A stretch of DNA of 64,000 bases from a bacterium (GTDB lineage Bacteria > Myxococcota > UBA727 > JAUIJE01). Below the pieces are notes generated by a model. That model was given only the letters and a program-made list of their open reading frames with translations. It had not been told where the DNA came from and did no database searches. The stretch spans positions 1,294 through 65,293 of the forward strand of contig JAUIJE010000002.1 of the NCBI GenBank assembly GCA_030431455.1, given 5' to 3'. Of this stretch, positions 19,098 to 27,783 are shown piece after piece; position 1 is the first letter of the stretch, and the number at the start of each line of letters is the position of its first letter. The position numbers were made by a program, and so were the translations under genes.

Positions 19098-19566
19098 TGA
19101 TGTCACCATTCGGCCCCTGCGCGAAGACGACGCCGCGGGGTGCGCGCAGCTTTTCTTCGACGTGGTGCGCGAAGGCACGGGCGCGTTTTACGACGAGGAC
19201 CAAAGGCGGGTCTGGGCGCCGACGAAGTGGACGCCGGAGGCGTTTTTGCAAAAGGTCGCGGGGCAGTTCGTGGTGGTGGCCGAGGACGCGCGAGGCATCG
19301 CGGGTTTCATGACCTTACGAGGTGACTACCTCGATTTTGCGTATGTCAGGACCGACCGGCTCGGCCAAGGCGTGGCCGGCGAGCTCTACAATGCCATTGT
19401 CGAGGAAGCACGGCGCACGGGACAAGGCACGTTGCGCAGCGACGCGAGCGAGTTGGCCAAGCGGTTCTTTGCCAAGCGCGGGTGGACGACACACGCGCGA
19501 CGGGATTTTGAACGACACGGGGTGATGATTCACAACTACGCGATGTCGGTGACGCTGGCCGACTGA
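19084..19566 (+). CDS. GNAT family N-acetyltransferase
   Basis: The 160-aa product has a RLGQGVAGELYNAIVEEARRTG motif, which is the acetyl-CoA binding motif A (Q/RxxGxG/A). It overlaps the upstream stop by 14 nt. Confidence 0.75.
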   Translation: MSVNSDVTIRPLREDDAAGCAQLFFDVVREGTGAFYDEDQRRVWAPTKWTPEAFLQKVAGQFVVVAEDARGIAGFMTLRGDYLDFAYVRTDRLGQGVAGELYNAIVEEARRTGQGTLRSDASELAKRFFAKRGWTTHARRDFERHGVMIHNYAMSVTLAD

Positions 19567-19965
19567 CCCGCGGCGGCCGCCGCCGCGGGGCGGAGCGATG
19601 GGTGGGCCGCGCCGCGGCGGGCGCATGGCTTGTAAAAGGTGTTTGTTTTTAGGGGGTTACTGGATCTTTCCCGAGGGCCCGCCCCCGCCGCCGCCACGGC
19701 CCCCCGGCGGGCAAACCCGCCCGGCCCCTCGCCCGATGCGAGTGACGCCGCAGTGTCGACAACCGAACGCTCCACCTCCGGCGCGGGGCGCGCTCGACCC
19801 TCTACATGGATTCCGGCGCCGGCTTGGCCCAGTTGCGACCCTGGCACAAAAACCGCGCGAACACGGTGGGTTGCGGCGGATCCGTGACCTGCCACCTCAG
19901 GTCCTGGCCCGCCCCCGCCGCGCGCCGCGTGCATCCGCCGATCGGCGCGCGGTACGGTGCGGGCC

Positions 19966-20364
19966 ATGAACCGCGACAAGGTCCTCGCCGCCCACGCCGC
20001 CTTTTACCAAGCCCTCCGGCGCGGCGACCTCGACGCCATCGACCACATCTGGGCCCGGGGCGAAAACGTCTGCTGTGTACACCCCGGCGGCTTTGCCCTA
20101 TTTGGCCACGCCGCGGTGCTGCAGAGCTGGGGCCGCATCCTGCGCGAGGGCCCGGTCGACATCTACGAGGAAAACCCGGTGGTGCACTGGATGGGCGACC
20201 ACGCGCTCGTCATCTGCACCGAACGGGTCGGCACCCACGTGCTCACCGCCAGCAACGGCCTCCGCCTCATCGATGGCAACTACCTCATGACCCACCACCA
20301 CGCGGGCCCGACCCCGGTGGACGCGGCCACCGACGATGTGTCCGGCGGGATGTTGCTGCAGTAG
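19966..20364 (+). CDS. SnoaL-like / NTF2-like fold protein
   Basis: The product is about 133 aa. Composition and length (AAHAAFYQALRRGDLDAIDHIWARGENVCCVHPGG...) are typical of DUF4440/SnoaL-like polyketide cyclase-fold proteins. The first ATG in frame is at 19966. Confidence 0.6.
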   Translation: MNRDKVLAAHAAFYQALRRGDLDAIDHIWARGENVCCVHPGGFALFGHAAVLQSWGRILREGPVDIYEENPVVHWMGDHALVICTERVGTHVLTASNGLRLIDGNYLMTHHHAGPTPVDAATDDVSGGMLLQ

Positions 20365-20365
20365 C

Positions 20366-20626
20366 TCAGGGACCGGCGTCCGCCCCCGCATCCGCGCCCG
20401 TCGGGTCTGCTCCCCCGTCGGGGAGGCCGGCGTCGATGCCAAACTCGTCATCCGGCTGGCAGATGCCCCGGTTGCAGTGCGGCGCCTCCGTGGGGCAGGT
20501 GTCATCGTCCACGCAGGCGGTATCCACAAATCCCAGGGTGTAGCAGCCGGTCGCCCCGCCCGCCGACCACGCCAACAGCAGACCGGCCAACCGCAGACCA
20601 GGCAACAGTGGATAGCGACCCTTCAT
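20366..20626 (-). CDS. small Cys-rich acidic lipoprotein
   Basis: The N-terminus MKGRYPLLPGLRLAGLLLAWSAGGATGC carries a lipobox. A Cys-rich mature part of about 60 aa follows. The gene overlaps the upstream membrane-protein gene by 4 nt (ATGA). Confidence 0.45.
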   Translation of the reverse strand: MKGRYPLLPGLRLAGLLLAWSAGGATGCYTLGFVDTACVDDDTCPTEAPHCNRGICQPDDEFGIDAGLPDGGADPTGADAGADAGP

Positions 20627-21114
20627 TCCGCCATCCCGATCGACAGCAGCGTCGCCCCCACCAAGGTGCCCACCACCGCCGACGGCACCACCAAAAAGAG
20701 GCTCACCCGGCCGCCCAGCTTCGCCCCGTCCTTGAGGTCACGGGACGCGGCCGGCCGGCCCTGCACCACCTCTGCCCCCGCCAGCACCACCACCCCCGCG
20801 GTGGCGACCAGGGCCGACAACACCCCGGCGGTGACCCCGGCCCAAAACCAGCCGTCGATGCCTTCGTCCTCTCGTTTTTGGGCTCGACGCCGGCGCTTCT
20901 TTTTCGTCGGCGCGGCCGCCGCCTCTTCCTCGTCGTCGGGCCCCGCGGCGGCGGGCGCGTCGACCGCGTTCGCTTGGGGTGCGTTCGCCGCGTCGGCGGG
21001 GGGTGGGGGCGGACCTTCCGGGGGCCGCGGGGGCCCCTCCACCGCCGGCTCGGCGTCGGGCTCACCGGCGGACGCGGGCCCCGCGAGCAAACCCCCCGCC
21101 ACCAGCAAGACCAT
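20623..21114 (-). CDS. small membrane protein (N- and C-terminal TM segments, Pro-rich and KKKRRRR linker)
   Basis: The start is assigned to the Met preceding VLLVAGGLLAGPASA. The longer ORF extends into the REP-like element at 21241-21283, so the start is uncertain. Confidence 0.4.
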   Translation of the reverse strand: MVLLVAGGLLAGPASAGEPDAEPAVEGPPRPPEGPPPPPADAANAPQANAVDAPAAAGPDDEEEAAAAPTKKKRRRRAQKREDEGIDGWFWAGVTAGVLSALVATAGVVVLAGAEVVQGRPAASRDLKDGAKLGGRVSLFLVVPSAVVGTLVGATLLSIGMAE

Positions 21115-21240
21115 CAGCCAGACGATGCGCGCCACGCGGCACGATACCCTGGGGCCGTGACCAGCGGAAGCGAGGGCGCCACGGGCGACGGGCCCGATCT
21201 CCCAAACAAGACGACACAGGTTTCTGACGTGGGTGAGGCG

Positions 21241-21283
21241 TGGCAACGCTTTGCGTTGCTCAAGCCATTCCTCTGGACTGGCG
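21241..21283. repeat. third, inverted and partly degenerate copy of the REP-like double-hairpin element
   Basis: gtggcaacgctttgcgttgctcaagccattcctctggactggc is the reverse complement of the 16239..16342 unit. The GCAACGC/GCGTTGC hairpin is intact and the second hairpin is degenerate. Confidence 0.7.
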
Positions 21284-21384
21284 GCACGTACGCCGACCGA
21301 GCAGACTCCCATCGACCTCATGCGCGGTGAACAAGGCCCGGCTCGAACGCGCCGAGGGCGATTTTGAGACGGGTGAGATGTGTT

Positions 21385-21963
21385 CTAGAGCCGCCAGAAC
21401 GTCCACGCCGGCGCGTCCCGGGTAAAGCGACCGGACCGGTGCTTGTCGAGAGACTCCAGTAACATTTGTTTGTAGAGGTCGGCCTCGGGCTGGTAGCGCC
21501 GGGTGAGACCGGCCTGCAGATTGTAGAGCCCTTCCCCGTCGGGGGTGAGCACGTAGGTCCGCGCGTAGAACCAATAGAAGAACGGCTGATTCACCTCTCG
21601 TTCGTCGTCGACCATCAGCTCCCAGTCCGCGTTCTTGATCGCGGGGATGTCGGGCCAGCTCTGCTTGCGAATGTCGACCCAGAGGGGCACGAACTCCTCG
21701 CGCACGAGCTTGATCACCGCGGGGTCACTGAGCGCGCCCTCCCGGAGCGCGTGTCCGCCAATTCAAAGCAGGCCGTCGACCTCACCCGACGCGCCCACGA
21801 GCAGGATCGGCTTCTGCTCGAGCATCGCCTGGGCCCGGGCCCGTTCGTAGTCGTGGTGCCAGCCGATGGCCATGTGGGGCTGCCACGGGTCCGGGATGTG
21901 GGTGACGGGGGCGCAGGCGGTCACCGCGAGGGTGACCGAACAGGCGACGAGCGCGGTGCGCAT
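21385..21963 (-). CDS. thioredoxin-fold (Thioredoxin_7/DUF255-like) lipoprotein interrupted by one in-frame TGA at the active-site position: candidate selenoprotein, or a pseudogene or sequencing error
   Basis: ORFs 21763..21963 and 21385..21717 are in the same frame. They are separated only by a TGA at 21765-21763, with no other stop in between. The joined product is MRTALVACSVTLAVTAC(lipobox)...DYERARAQAMLEQKPILLVGASGEVDGLL[U]IGGHALREGALSDPAVIKLVREEFVPLWVDI.... This aligns with the Thioredoxin_7 pattern (DYEEAL...KPVLVDFYADWCGWCK...FSDPEVIELLNENFVPVKVD), with U at the first Cys of CxxC. The mRNA after UGA reads AUUGGCGGACAC-GCGC-U-CC-GGGA-GG-GCGC, a hairpin with a bulged U. Confidence 0.45.
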
Positions 21964-22112
21964 AAGACCTCCGGCCGCAGGGGTGCACTCCCGATTGGCG
22001 GGGCAGGCACAGATCTGTCACCGGAGCCCGGTTTTTTTCGCCGCGGGGTGGCCGGCGCGGTCACATGCCGCCGGGGGCGGGGTGTGGCATACAGACGGAA
22101 CAGGAGGTTTTT

Positions 22113-22523
22113 ATGCAGAGCGGTCGGGTCGTGATGGGGTGCGTGATGATGGCGGTGGTGGCCACCGGGTGTTCTGTCACCGATGAGAAAGGCAACAGCT
22201 GCGGCGCGCTGGACGCGCTGACCAATTCCGCCGACGAGACGTACTGTCCCGACGACGGTGCCCCCGACGACTGCGACGACCTGCTCGATGACTTCATCGG
22301 CGCGTTCGCCGATTGTGGCGGCGTCACCGAACAAGCCCTGCGCGCCGAGCTGGAGGAAGGCGACGGCCTGCCCTTCGACTGCGCCAACGCGGTGGCCACC
22401 ACCACCGGCTACGATGACTGCCGGGACGCGTACCGGCCGGGCAACTACACCTGCGACGGCAGCATCCCCGACGTGGACAGTGACATTTGTTCGGGGGTGA
22501 TCTTGGTGGACGCGAACGAATAG
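22113..22523 (+). CDS. acidic Cys-rich lipoprotein
   Basis: CAGGAGG lies 6 nt before the ATG at 22113. The N-terminus is MQSGRVVMGCVMMAVVATGC, with a lipobox. The mature part is rich in Asp and Cys (CPDDGAPDDCDDLLDDF). Confidence 0.6.
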   Translation: MQSGRVVMGCVMMAVVATGCSVTDEKGNSCGALDALTNSADETYCPDDGAPDDCDDLLDDFIGAFADCGGVTEQALRAELEEGDGLPFDCANAVATTTGYDDCRDAYRPGNYTCDGSIPDVDSDICSGVILVDANE

Positions 22524-22540
22524 CCGCGCGCCCGACGTCT

Positions 22541-22580
22541 TGAAAAAAGAAAGCCGCTCTCTCGAGCGGCTCTTCTTTTT
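22541..22580. terminator. bidirectional Rho-independent terminator between convergent genes
   Basis: The sequence aaaaaagaa-AGCCGCTC-tctc-GAGCGGCT-cttcttttt is a perfect 8-bp stem with an A-run and T-run on either side. It lies between 22113..22523 (+) and ahcY (-). Confidence 0.65.
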
Positions 22581-22597
22581 GTGCACAGCGGCGTCGT

Positions 22598-24043
22598 TCA
22601 GTAGCGGTAGTGATCCGGCTTGAACGGGCCCTGTTGGGGAATGCCAAGGTACTCCGCTTGTTTCTTGCTCAGCTTGGTGAGCTTGGCCCCGACCTTGGCG
22701 AGGTGCAGCTCGGCCACCTTCTCGTCGAGGTGCTTGGGCAGCACGAACACCTTGTCGGTGCTGTAGTGCCGCACCGAAAGCTGCGCGTCTTCCCAGAGCG
22801 CGATCTGCGCCATGGTCTGGTTGGTGAACGAGTTCGACATCACGAAGCTCGGGTGACCGGTGGCGCAGCCGAGGTTGACCAGGCGGCCGCGGGCGAGCAC
22901 GGTGATGCGCTTGCCGTCGGGGAAGATGAAGTGGTCGACCTGGGGCTTGACCGCTTCTTCGCGAATCTCGGGGTGGTTCTCGAGCCAGGACATCTGGATC
23001 TCGGAATCGAAGTGCCCGATGTTGCAGACGATGGCTTCGTCTTTCATCGCTTGCATGTGATCGCCGGTGATGACGTCGCAGCAACCGGTGGAGGTCACGA
23101 AGATGTCGCCGACCTTGGCCGCGTCTTCCATGGTGGTGACCTCGAAGCCTTCCATCGCCGCTTGCAGCGCACAGATGGGATCGATTTCGGTGATCATCAC
23201 CCGGGCCCCGAGGCCTTTGGCGGATTGGGCGCAGCCCTTGCCGACGTCGCCGTAGCCGGCCACCACGACGACCTTGCCCGCGATCATCACGTCGGTGGCG
23301 CGCTTGATGCCGTCCATGAGGGACTCACGGCAACCGTAGAGGTTGTCGAACTTGGACTTGGTCACCGAGTCGTTCACGTTGATGGCGGGGAACAGCAGCT
23401 TGCCGTGCTCGGCCATTTCGTAGAGGCGGTGCACCCCGGTGGTGGTCTCTTCGGACACGCCGAGGATGTCTTTGTGCATCTTGGTGAAACGCTGCGGGTC
23501 CTCTTCGATGGATTTTTGCAGCGTACGGTACACCCACTTCATCTCTTCAATGTCAGTGGAGTCGGGGGACGGGACCTTGCCCGCTTTTTCGAACTCCACG
23601 CCTTTGTGGATGAGCATGGTGAGGTCGCCACCGTCGTCGAGCAGGAGGTTGGGGCCTTGGCCGCCCTCGAACGCGGTGACCTGGGTGAGGATCTGCGCCC
23701 AGTACTCTTCGAGGCTCTCGCCTTTCCACGCGAACACCGGGGTCCCGGTGGCGGCGATGGCCGCGGCGGCGTGGTCTTGGGTCGAGTAGATGTTGCAGCT
23801 GGTCCAGGTCACGTCGGCGCCGAGGTCCTTGAGGGTCTCGATCAGCACCGCGGTCTGGATGGTCATGTGCAGGCAGCCGGCGACGCGCGCGCCCTTGAGC
23901 GGGTGCTTGCCCTTGTACTCGTCGCGCAGGGCCATGAGGCCGGGCATCTCTTTTTCGGCGATGGCGATCTCCTTGCGGCCCCAGTCCGCGAGGGTCATGT
24001 CTTTGACTTTGTAGTTGCCGGGGGTTTGGTTCTTCATGTCCAT
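22598..24043 (-). CDS. ahcY: adenosylhomocysteinase (S-adenosyl-L-homocysteine hydrolase)
   Basis: The full-length 481-aa product has near-canonical SahH sequence throughout ([29 protein letters not shown]...[16 protein letters not shown]...[14 protein letters not shown]...). GGAGAA lies before the ATG. Confidence 0.95.
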   Translation of the reverse strand: MDMKNQTPGNYKVKDMTLADWGRKEIAIAEKEMPGLMALRDEYKGKHPLKGARVAGCLHMTIQTAVLIETLKDLGADVTWTSCNIYSTQDHAAAAIAATGTPVFAWKGESLEEYWAQILTQVTAFEGGQGPNLLLDDGGDLTMLIHKGVEFEKAGKVPSPDSTDIEEMKWVYRTLQKSIEEDPQRFTKMHKDILGVSEETTTGVHRLYEMAEHGKLLFPAINVNDSVTKSKFDNLYGCRESLMDGIKRATDVMIAGKVVVVAGYGDVGKGCAQSAKGLGARVMITEIDPICALQAAMEGFEVTTMEDAAKVGDIFVTSTGCCDVITGDHMQAMKDEAIVCNIGHFDSEIQMSWLENHPEIREEAVKPQVDHFIFPDGKRITVLARGRLVNLGCATGHPSFVMSNSFTNQTMAQIALWEDAQLSVRHYSTDKVFVLPKHLDEKVAELHLAKVGAKLTKLSKKQAEYLGIPQQGPFKPDHYRY

Positions 24044-24084
24044 CCTGTTCTCCGTTTGTGGATGTGGGTGAGGTTGTTGCTGAA

Positions 24085-25041
24085 TCAGGCGGCCTTTTCC
24101 GCGATGAGCACCTGCCAGGTGAGGTGGGCATCGTAGGCGGGGCCGATGAAGGGGCGGGGCACCAGGTTGGCGCCGGGGGTGGACAGCCCGGCGGCGGCGA
24201 GCATCGCCGCGAGCTGGTCGGCGTCAAACCCAAGCCACACGTCGCCTTGTTCGCGCATGGCTTCGTCGGTGTGGGGCAGGTAGTCGACGAGGATGAGGGC
24301 CCCCCCGGGACGCAGCAGCCGCGCGGCTTGGGCCAGGGTCTCCTGGGGGCGCGAGCTGTGGTGCAGGGTGCGCGCCAATGTCAGCGCATCGGCGCCGCCG
24401 GTGGCGTCCACTTCCTGCAGGAGGTTGACGTCGTCCAGGCTGGCCTCGACCAAGCGCACGTTGTGAAGCCCTTGGTTGCTCACCCGGGCCGCGGCCTGGG
24501 CGAGCCGTGACTTGCTCCGGTCGACGGCGATGACGCGATCGTAAGCGGGGGCGAGCACCTCGAGAAAAGCCCCGTCACCGGTCCCCGCGTCGATGGCCAG
24601 ACGGTTGGCGGGAAGCAAGCGGGACAATGCGTATACATAGGCTTTGTCCACGGTGGACGCGGCGGGGGGCGGCACCGCGTCGGCCTGCTCGAAGAACGCG
24701 CGGCCGGCCTCTTCCCGCGCGGCCACCACCTCGGGCACGCGCTGCAGGGCGCCGGCTTGCAGCGACAGGCGCGAGCCCTCGGCCACGGCGTCCAGGATCA
24801 CCGGGTCATCGCTGCGGGCCGCGCGCAGGTAGGTGCGGGTGCCGTCCTTGCGCGCTTCGATCAGCGACATTTTGCGGAGGGCCGCCACCTTTTTGCTCAC
24901 CTGGGGTTGGCTCTCGGCGAGGAGTTCGGCCAGCTCGCCCACCGCGAGCTCCTCTTCGGTGAGCAGGGCCAACACCTTGAGCCGCACCGGGTCCGCGAGG
25001 GTGCGGTAGAGATCGGTCCGGGCGGGGGCAGGCGCGCTCAC
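24085..25041 (-). CDS. ArsR-family HTH fused to class I SAM-dependent methyltransferase
   Basis: The N-terminus is [57 protein letters not shown], an ArsR/SmtB winged HTH. The methyltransferase domain has motif I ([16 protein letters not shown]) and a post-I motif (VIAVDRS). The start is assigned to the GTG at 25041. The ORF extension to the ATG at 25176 runs through an AT-rich, probably non-coding, promoter patch. Confidence 0.75.
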   Translation of the reverse strand: MSAPAPARTDLYRTLADPVRLKVLALLTEEELAVGELAELLAESQPQVSKKVAALRKMSLIEARKDGTRTYLRAARSDDPVILDAVAEGSRLSLQAGALQRVPEVVAAREEAGRAFFEQADAVPPPAASTVDKAYVYALSRLLPANRLAIDAGTGDGAFLEVLAPAYDRVIAVDRSKSRLAQAAARVSNQGLHNVRLVEASLDDVNLLQEVDATGGADALTLARTLHHSSRPQETLAQAARLLRPGGALILVDYLPHTDEAMREQGDVWLGFDADQLAAMLAAAGLSTPGANLVPRPFIGPAYDAHLTWQVLIAEKAA

Positions 25042-25437
25042 CCGATCTTTTGTATGCCGATATGCGAATGTTGGCAACCTTGAGTTCGGGATTGGGACAG
25101 GATCTGTGTAGCGGCTTGATTTTATGTGGTTTTTCGTCCTCGTCGGCGACGGGGGCGCACATGCCGTCCGGCACACCCGGATGTCATGAAGAGGGTCTGC
25201 TCCCGCGCGCGCCGGACGTGAGGAGGCAGGTTGCCATGTCGCGGTGGGCCACTTGCTTCAGGCGAGGGGCGGGACGGGTCTGCCGGTTCGGGGGGCCGCG
25301 GCGGTGGTGGGGGTGGGCCCTCGGGATCGATCCTCCTAAACTCATGTTTTTATTGCGTTTTTCACGTCAACGATGTGGCGCTTTTGGGCAAGCAGCGCAC
25401 GGCCCCCTTGCCAGGATGGGGCGGCAAGGAGGTGGGT

Positions 25438-26673
25438 ATGCGCCGGGTGTGGATCGGGCTGTGGTTGGTGTTCGCGGGCTGTGACCCGAGCCTGCCGGGG
25501 GATGAAACGCCCGATGCGGGCGACGGGGACGGCGATGGCGACGGCGATGGAGACGGCGACGGCGATGGAGACGGCGACGACGATGGAGACGGAAATGGAG
25601 ATGGAGATGGAGATGGGGATGGGGATGGGGACAGCGTGGAACAACCGGCGGACGGCGGACCCGTCGATGCTGCTTCGTCAGGAGATGGGGATGAAGAGCA
25701 GCCACTCCCCGCCCTGGTCGATGACCACTTGGTGGGCGACTTCGTTCTGGCTGCCGGCGAGGAGGCTCTCGTGCGGTATGCCGACTTCGTGGCCCCCGAC
25801 TACCCGATCGTGGTGCAGGGCAATGTCACTGTGGAAGGTGGGGCAACGCTCCGCACCCAGGCGTATCTGTATGTGCAGGGCACGCTGACCTTCGCCGCAG
25901 GGTCCGTGCTCGAAGGCCATGACGAACCTGAACTCATCGGCGGCGATCATGGCGAAATCTGGGCCGACCACCTGGTGATGGCCGGCACCGTCAACCAACC
26001 GGTCGTCGTCGACGGGCAGACCTCATGGGACTTCCATGTGAACACCCCCCACCCCGAGGTCGCCTATGCCCAGTTTTCCGAGGCCGGACTGATTGTGGGC
26101 GCCTGGCCGTCTATCCCCTCCGGGACCTACCTTCCCAGCCTGGGAGGATTCGTGCGGGACTCCGTTTTTGTCCACGACGTGGCCAACTACGGTGCCGGGA
26201 CCCGCTCGCAGTTCTACGGGCCGGGCGACGCTCTCGTCATCGAGCACAACCTGTTTGACAAGGTACAGGTCAACCTGCGGGGAGCCCGCTTCGTGCACAA
26301 CGAGATGCAGTACCATGACCAGAACGGCTCGTTCTACGGCCACATCCAGGTGTCGTCCATGATGGGAATCAATCCCGCCTGCACCGGTGAACGCACCGAG
26401 AACGCCGCCGTGACCATCGAAGACAACCTCTTCCACGTGCCCCCTGACCTATACAGTCCTCAGAACTGGATCGGCATCGGCCGCATGTTCGGCCCTTGGC
26501 ACATTGAGCCCAATGCATTTGCACCCAAGTTGCCCTACGACCTGTTGCTCGACCGGATCGATGGGTGGGACGGCACCAGCACCGGGTGTTCGGACGGTCT
26601 CGGGGCCCACGGGGGACCGGTCACCCTCGCGACGCCGCTCGAGGCCACCCCCGCGGTGGGACCGCGCCCTTAG
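25438..26673 (+). CDS. lipoprotein with (Gly-Asp)n tract and C-terminal parallel beta-helix-like domain
   Basis: AAGGAGG precedes the ATG at 25438. The N-terminus MRRVWIGLWLVFAGC carries a lipobox. A tract of about 35 GD-type residues follows. The C-terminal 300 aa contain repeated hydrophobic/Gly-x motifs (VVQGNVTVEGGATL..., YVQGTLTFAAGSVLEG...) typical of right-handed beta-helix proteins. Confidence 0.75.
   Translation: MRRVWIGLWLVFAGCDPSLPGDETPDAGDGDGDGDGDGDGDGDGDGDDDGDGNGDGDGDGDGDGDSVEQPADGGPVDAASSGDGDEEQPLPALVDDHLVGDFVLAAGEEALVRYADFVAPDYPIVVQGNVTVEGGATLRTQAYLYVQGTLTFAAGSVLEGHDEPELIGGDHGEIWADHLVMAGTVNQPVVVDGQTSWDFHVNTPHPEVAYAQFSEAGLIVGAWPSIPSGTYLPSLGGFVRDSVFVHDVANYGAGTRSQFYGPGDALVIEHNLFDKVQVNLRGARFVHNEMQYHDQNGSFYGHIQVSSMMGINPACTGERTENAAVTIEDNLFHVPPDLYSPQNWIGIGRMFGPWHIEPNAFAPKLPYDLLLDRIDGWDGTSTGCSDGLGAHGGPVTLATPLEATPAVGPRP
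25520..25632 (+). repeat. coding GAYGGN repeat encoding poly(Gly-Asp)
   Basis: Direct inspection of the sequence. Confidence 0.85.
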
Positions 26674-27782
26674 CCGCGCCGTCGCCGAAGGACGAGCCAC
26701 AGCGCGAACAATGGGGCGTAGCCAACCGGCGCCACCCCGGCACAGCCCCCGCCGTCCGGGGGCGGTGCCGTCTCCCGGTCGTGTCCGATGCCGTAGATCT
26801 CCTGCCAGAGGGCGAAGTCGTCGGCGCAGACCGCGGCTTGGCTGTCCGCGGGGCAGTCCCGCGACACAATGTCTTTGTAGGCCACCGGGGCCCGGATGTT
26901 TCCGCCCTCGAGGAGCAGGAAGTCTTCGTCGCGCAGGCTCGCGCACCCCACCACCACGTCGCCTCGTCGATGCAGGCAGTGCTCGAAGACGTCATCACCG
27001 ATCCGCTCGCCACTTTTGCGAAACCGGGCCGAGGTCTCATCGGCGAACAACACCACGATCTCGTCGCCGGCCCCCACCAACGCCTCGGGCCGTACATCGA
27101 ACACAAACCACGGCGCCTCGCCGAGGGGCCCCACCGCGTGGCCGGTCCCGGCCGGCGCGCTCACCACCAACGTTCCGTCGACGGTGGCCAGGGCCCAGGC
27201 CGGCCCGGGGTGGGCCGGGGCCACCTCGCCCCCGGGCGATATCGTGTAGAGCTGCGGGATCGCGGCGGGGGGCGCGGTGGCCGTGACCACAAACCCGTTC
27301 GGACCGGCGTCGGTGAGGGAGATCGGCAACAGACCGGTCAGGTCTGCGAACACCTCGAACGACCCCGCACCATCGGTGCTCACGAACAGGGCGTTGTCCC
27401 GGTCGGGGCTGCCGGTGAGCGCGTAGAGCGCGCCCTCGTGGGCGCGGCCGTCGACTACAAAATGTTCCTGCAGGTCATTGTTGCGCCGCTGCACCGTGCA
27501 GCCCAGGTCCGTGGTCTCGGACAGGCCCCGACCCCCGTCGCTCCACACGATCCGGGACAGGTCCGGCGCCGCCCAGGAGAAACGAACCGTGTCGGGGGCG
27601 GTGCACGTCCAGGCCCAGCGGTCCTCGTCGCGGGTGAGCAGGCCGTAGGTGGTGATGCCCCCGATGAGGTCGCCGCTCTCGTCGAGCCAGGGGGCGAGGC
27701 CCGCGGGGGCGTCGGCGTGGGCGTGGGCGGGGGCGTGAAGGCACATGGCGATCAGCACCCCCGCCCCAAGGTTCGGCCACAT
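26670..27782 (-). CDS. secreted protein with C-terminal MYXO-CTERM-type sorting signal
   Basis: The start ATG at 27782 lies 1 nt after the stop of the upstream gene. The signal peptide is MWPNLGAGVLIAMCLHAPAHAHA. The C-terminus ...DGGGCAGVAPVGYAPLFALWLVLRRRRG has the pattern Gly-Gly-Cys, then a hydrophobic helix, then an Arg cluster, which matches the myxobacterial MYXO-CTERM (exosortase/myxosortase-type) signal. Confidence 0.7.
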   Translation of the reverse strand: MWPNLGAGVLIAMCLHAPAHAHADAPAGLAPWLDESGDLIGGITTYGLLTRDEDRWAWTCTAPDTVRFSWAAPDLSRIVWSDGGRGLSETTDLGCTVQRRNNDLQEHFVVDGRAHEGALYALTGSPDRDNALFVSTDGAGSFEVFADLTGLLPISLTDAGPNGFVVTATAPPAAIPQLYTISPGGEVAPAHPGPAWALATVDGTLVVSAPAGTGHAVGPLGEAPWFVFDVRPEALVGAGDEIVVLFADETSARFRKSGERIGDDVFEHCLHRRGDVVVGCASLRDEDFLLLEGGNIRAPVAYKDIVSRDCPADSQAAVCADDFALWQEIYGIGHDRETAPPPDGGGCAGVAPVGYAPLFALWLVLRRRRG

Positions 27783-27783
27783 G

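Noticed and set aside
19567..19600. Hairpin ccgcggcgg-ccg-ccgccgcgg after the GNAT gene as an intrinsic terminator
   Set aside because: It has a GC stem but no T-tract. It cannot be distinguished from background GC-rich secondary structure.
19567..19965. Possible small ORF or RNA in the 400-bp gap between the GNAT and SnoaL-like genes
   Set aside because: No ORF with an RBS or any recognisable RNA motif could be supported from the sequence alone.
25231..25437. 5' extensions of ORFs 25231, 17655, 30668, 51073 (to 52581) and 52527 (to 53618) as real N-termini
   Set aside because: Internal starts are preceded by RBS sequences and immediately give canonical signal or lipoprotein peptides or homologous N-termini. 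The extensions are low-complexity or overlap REP elements or promoters.
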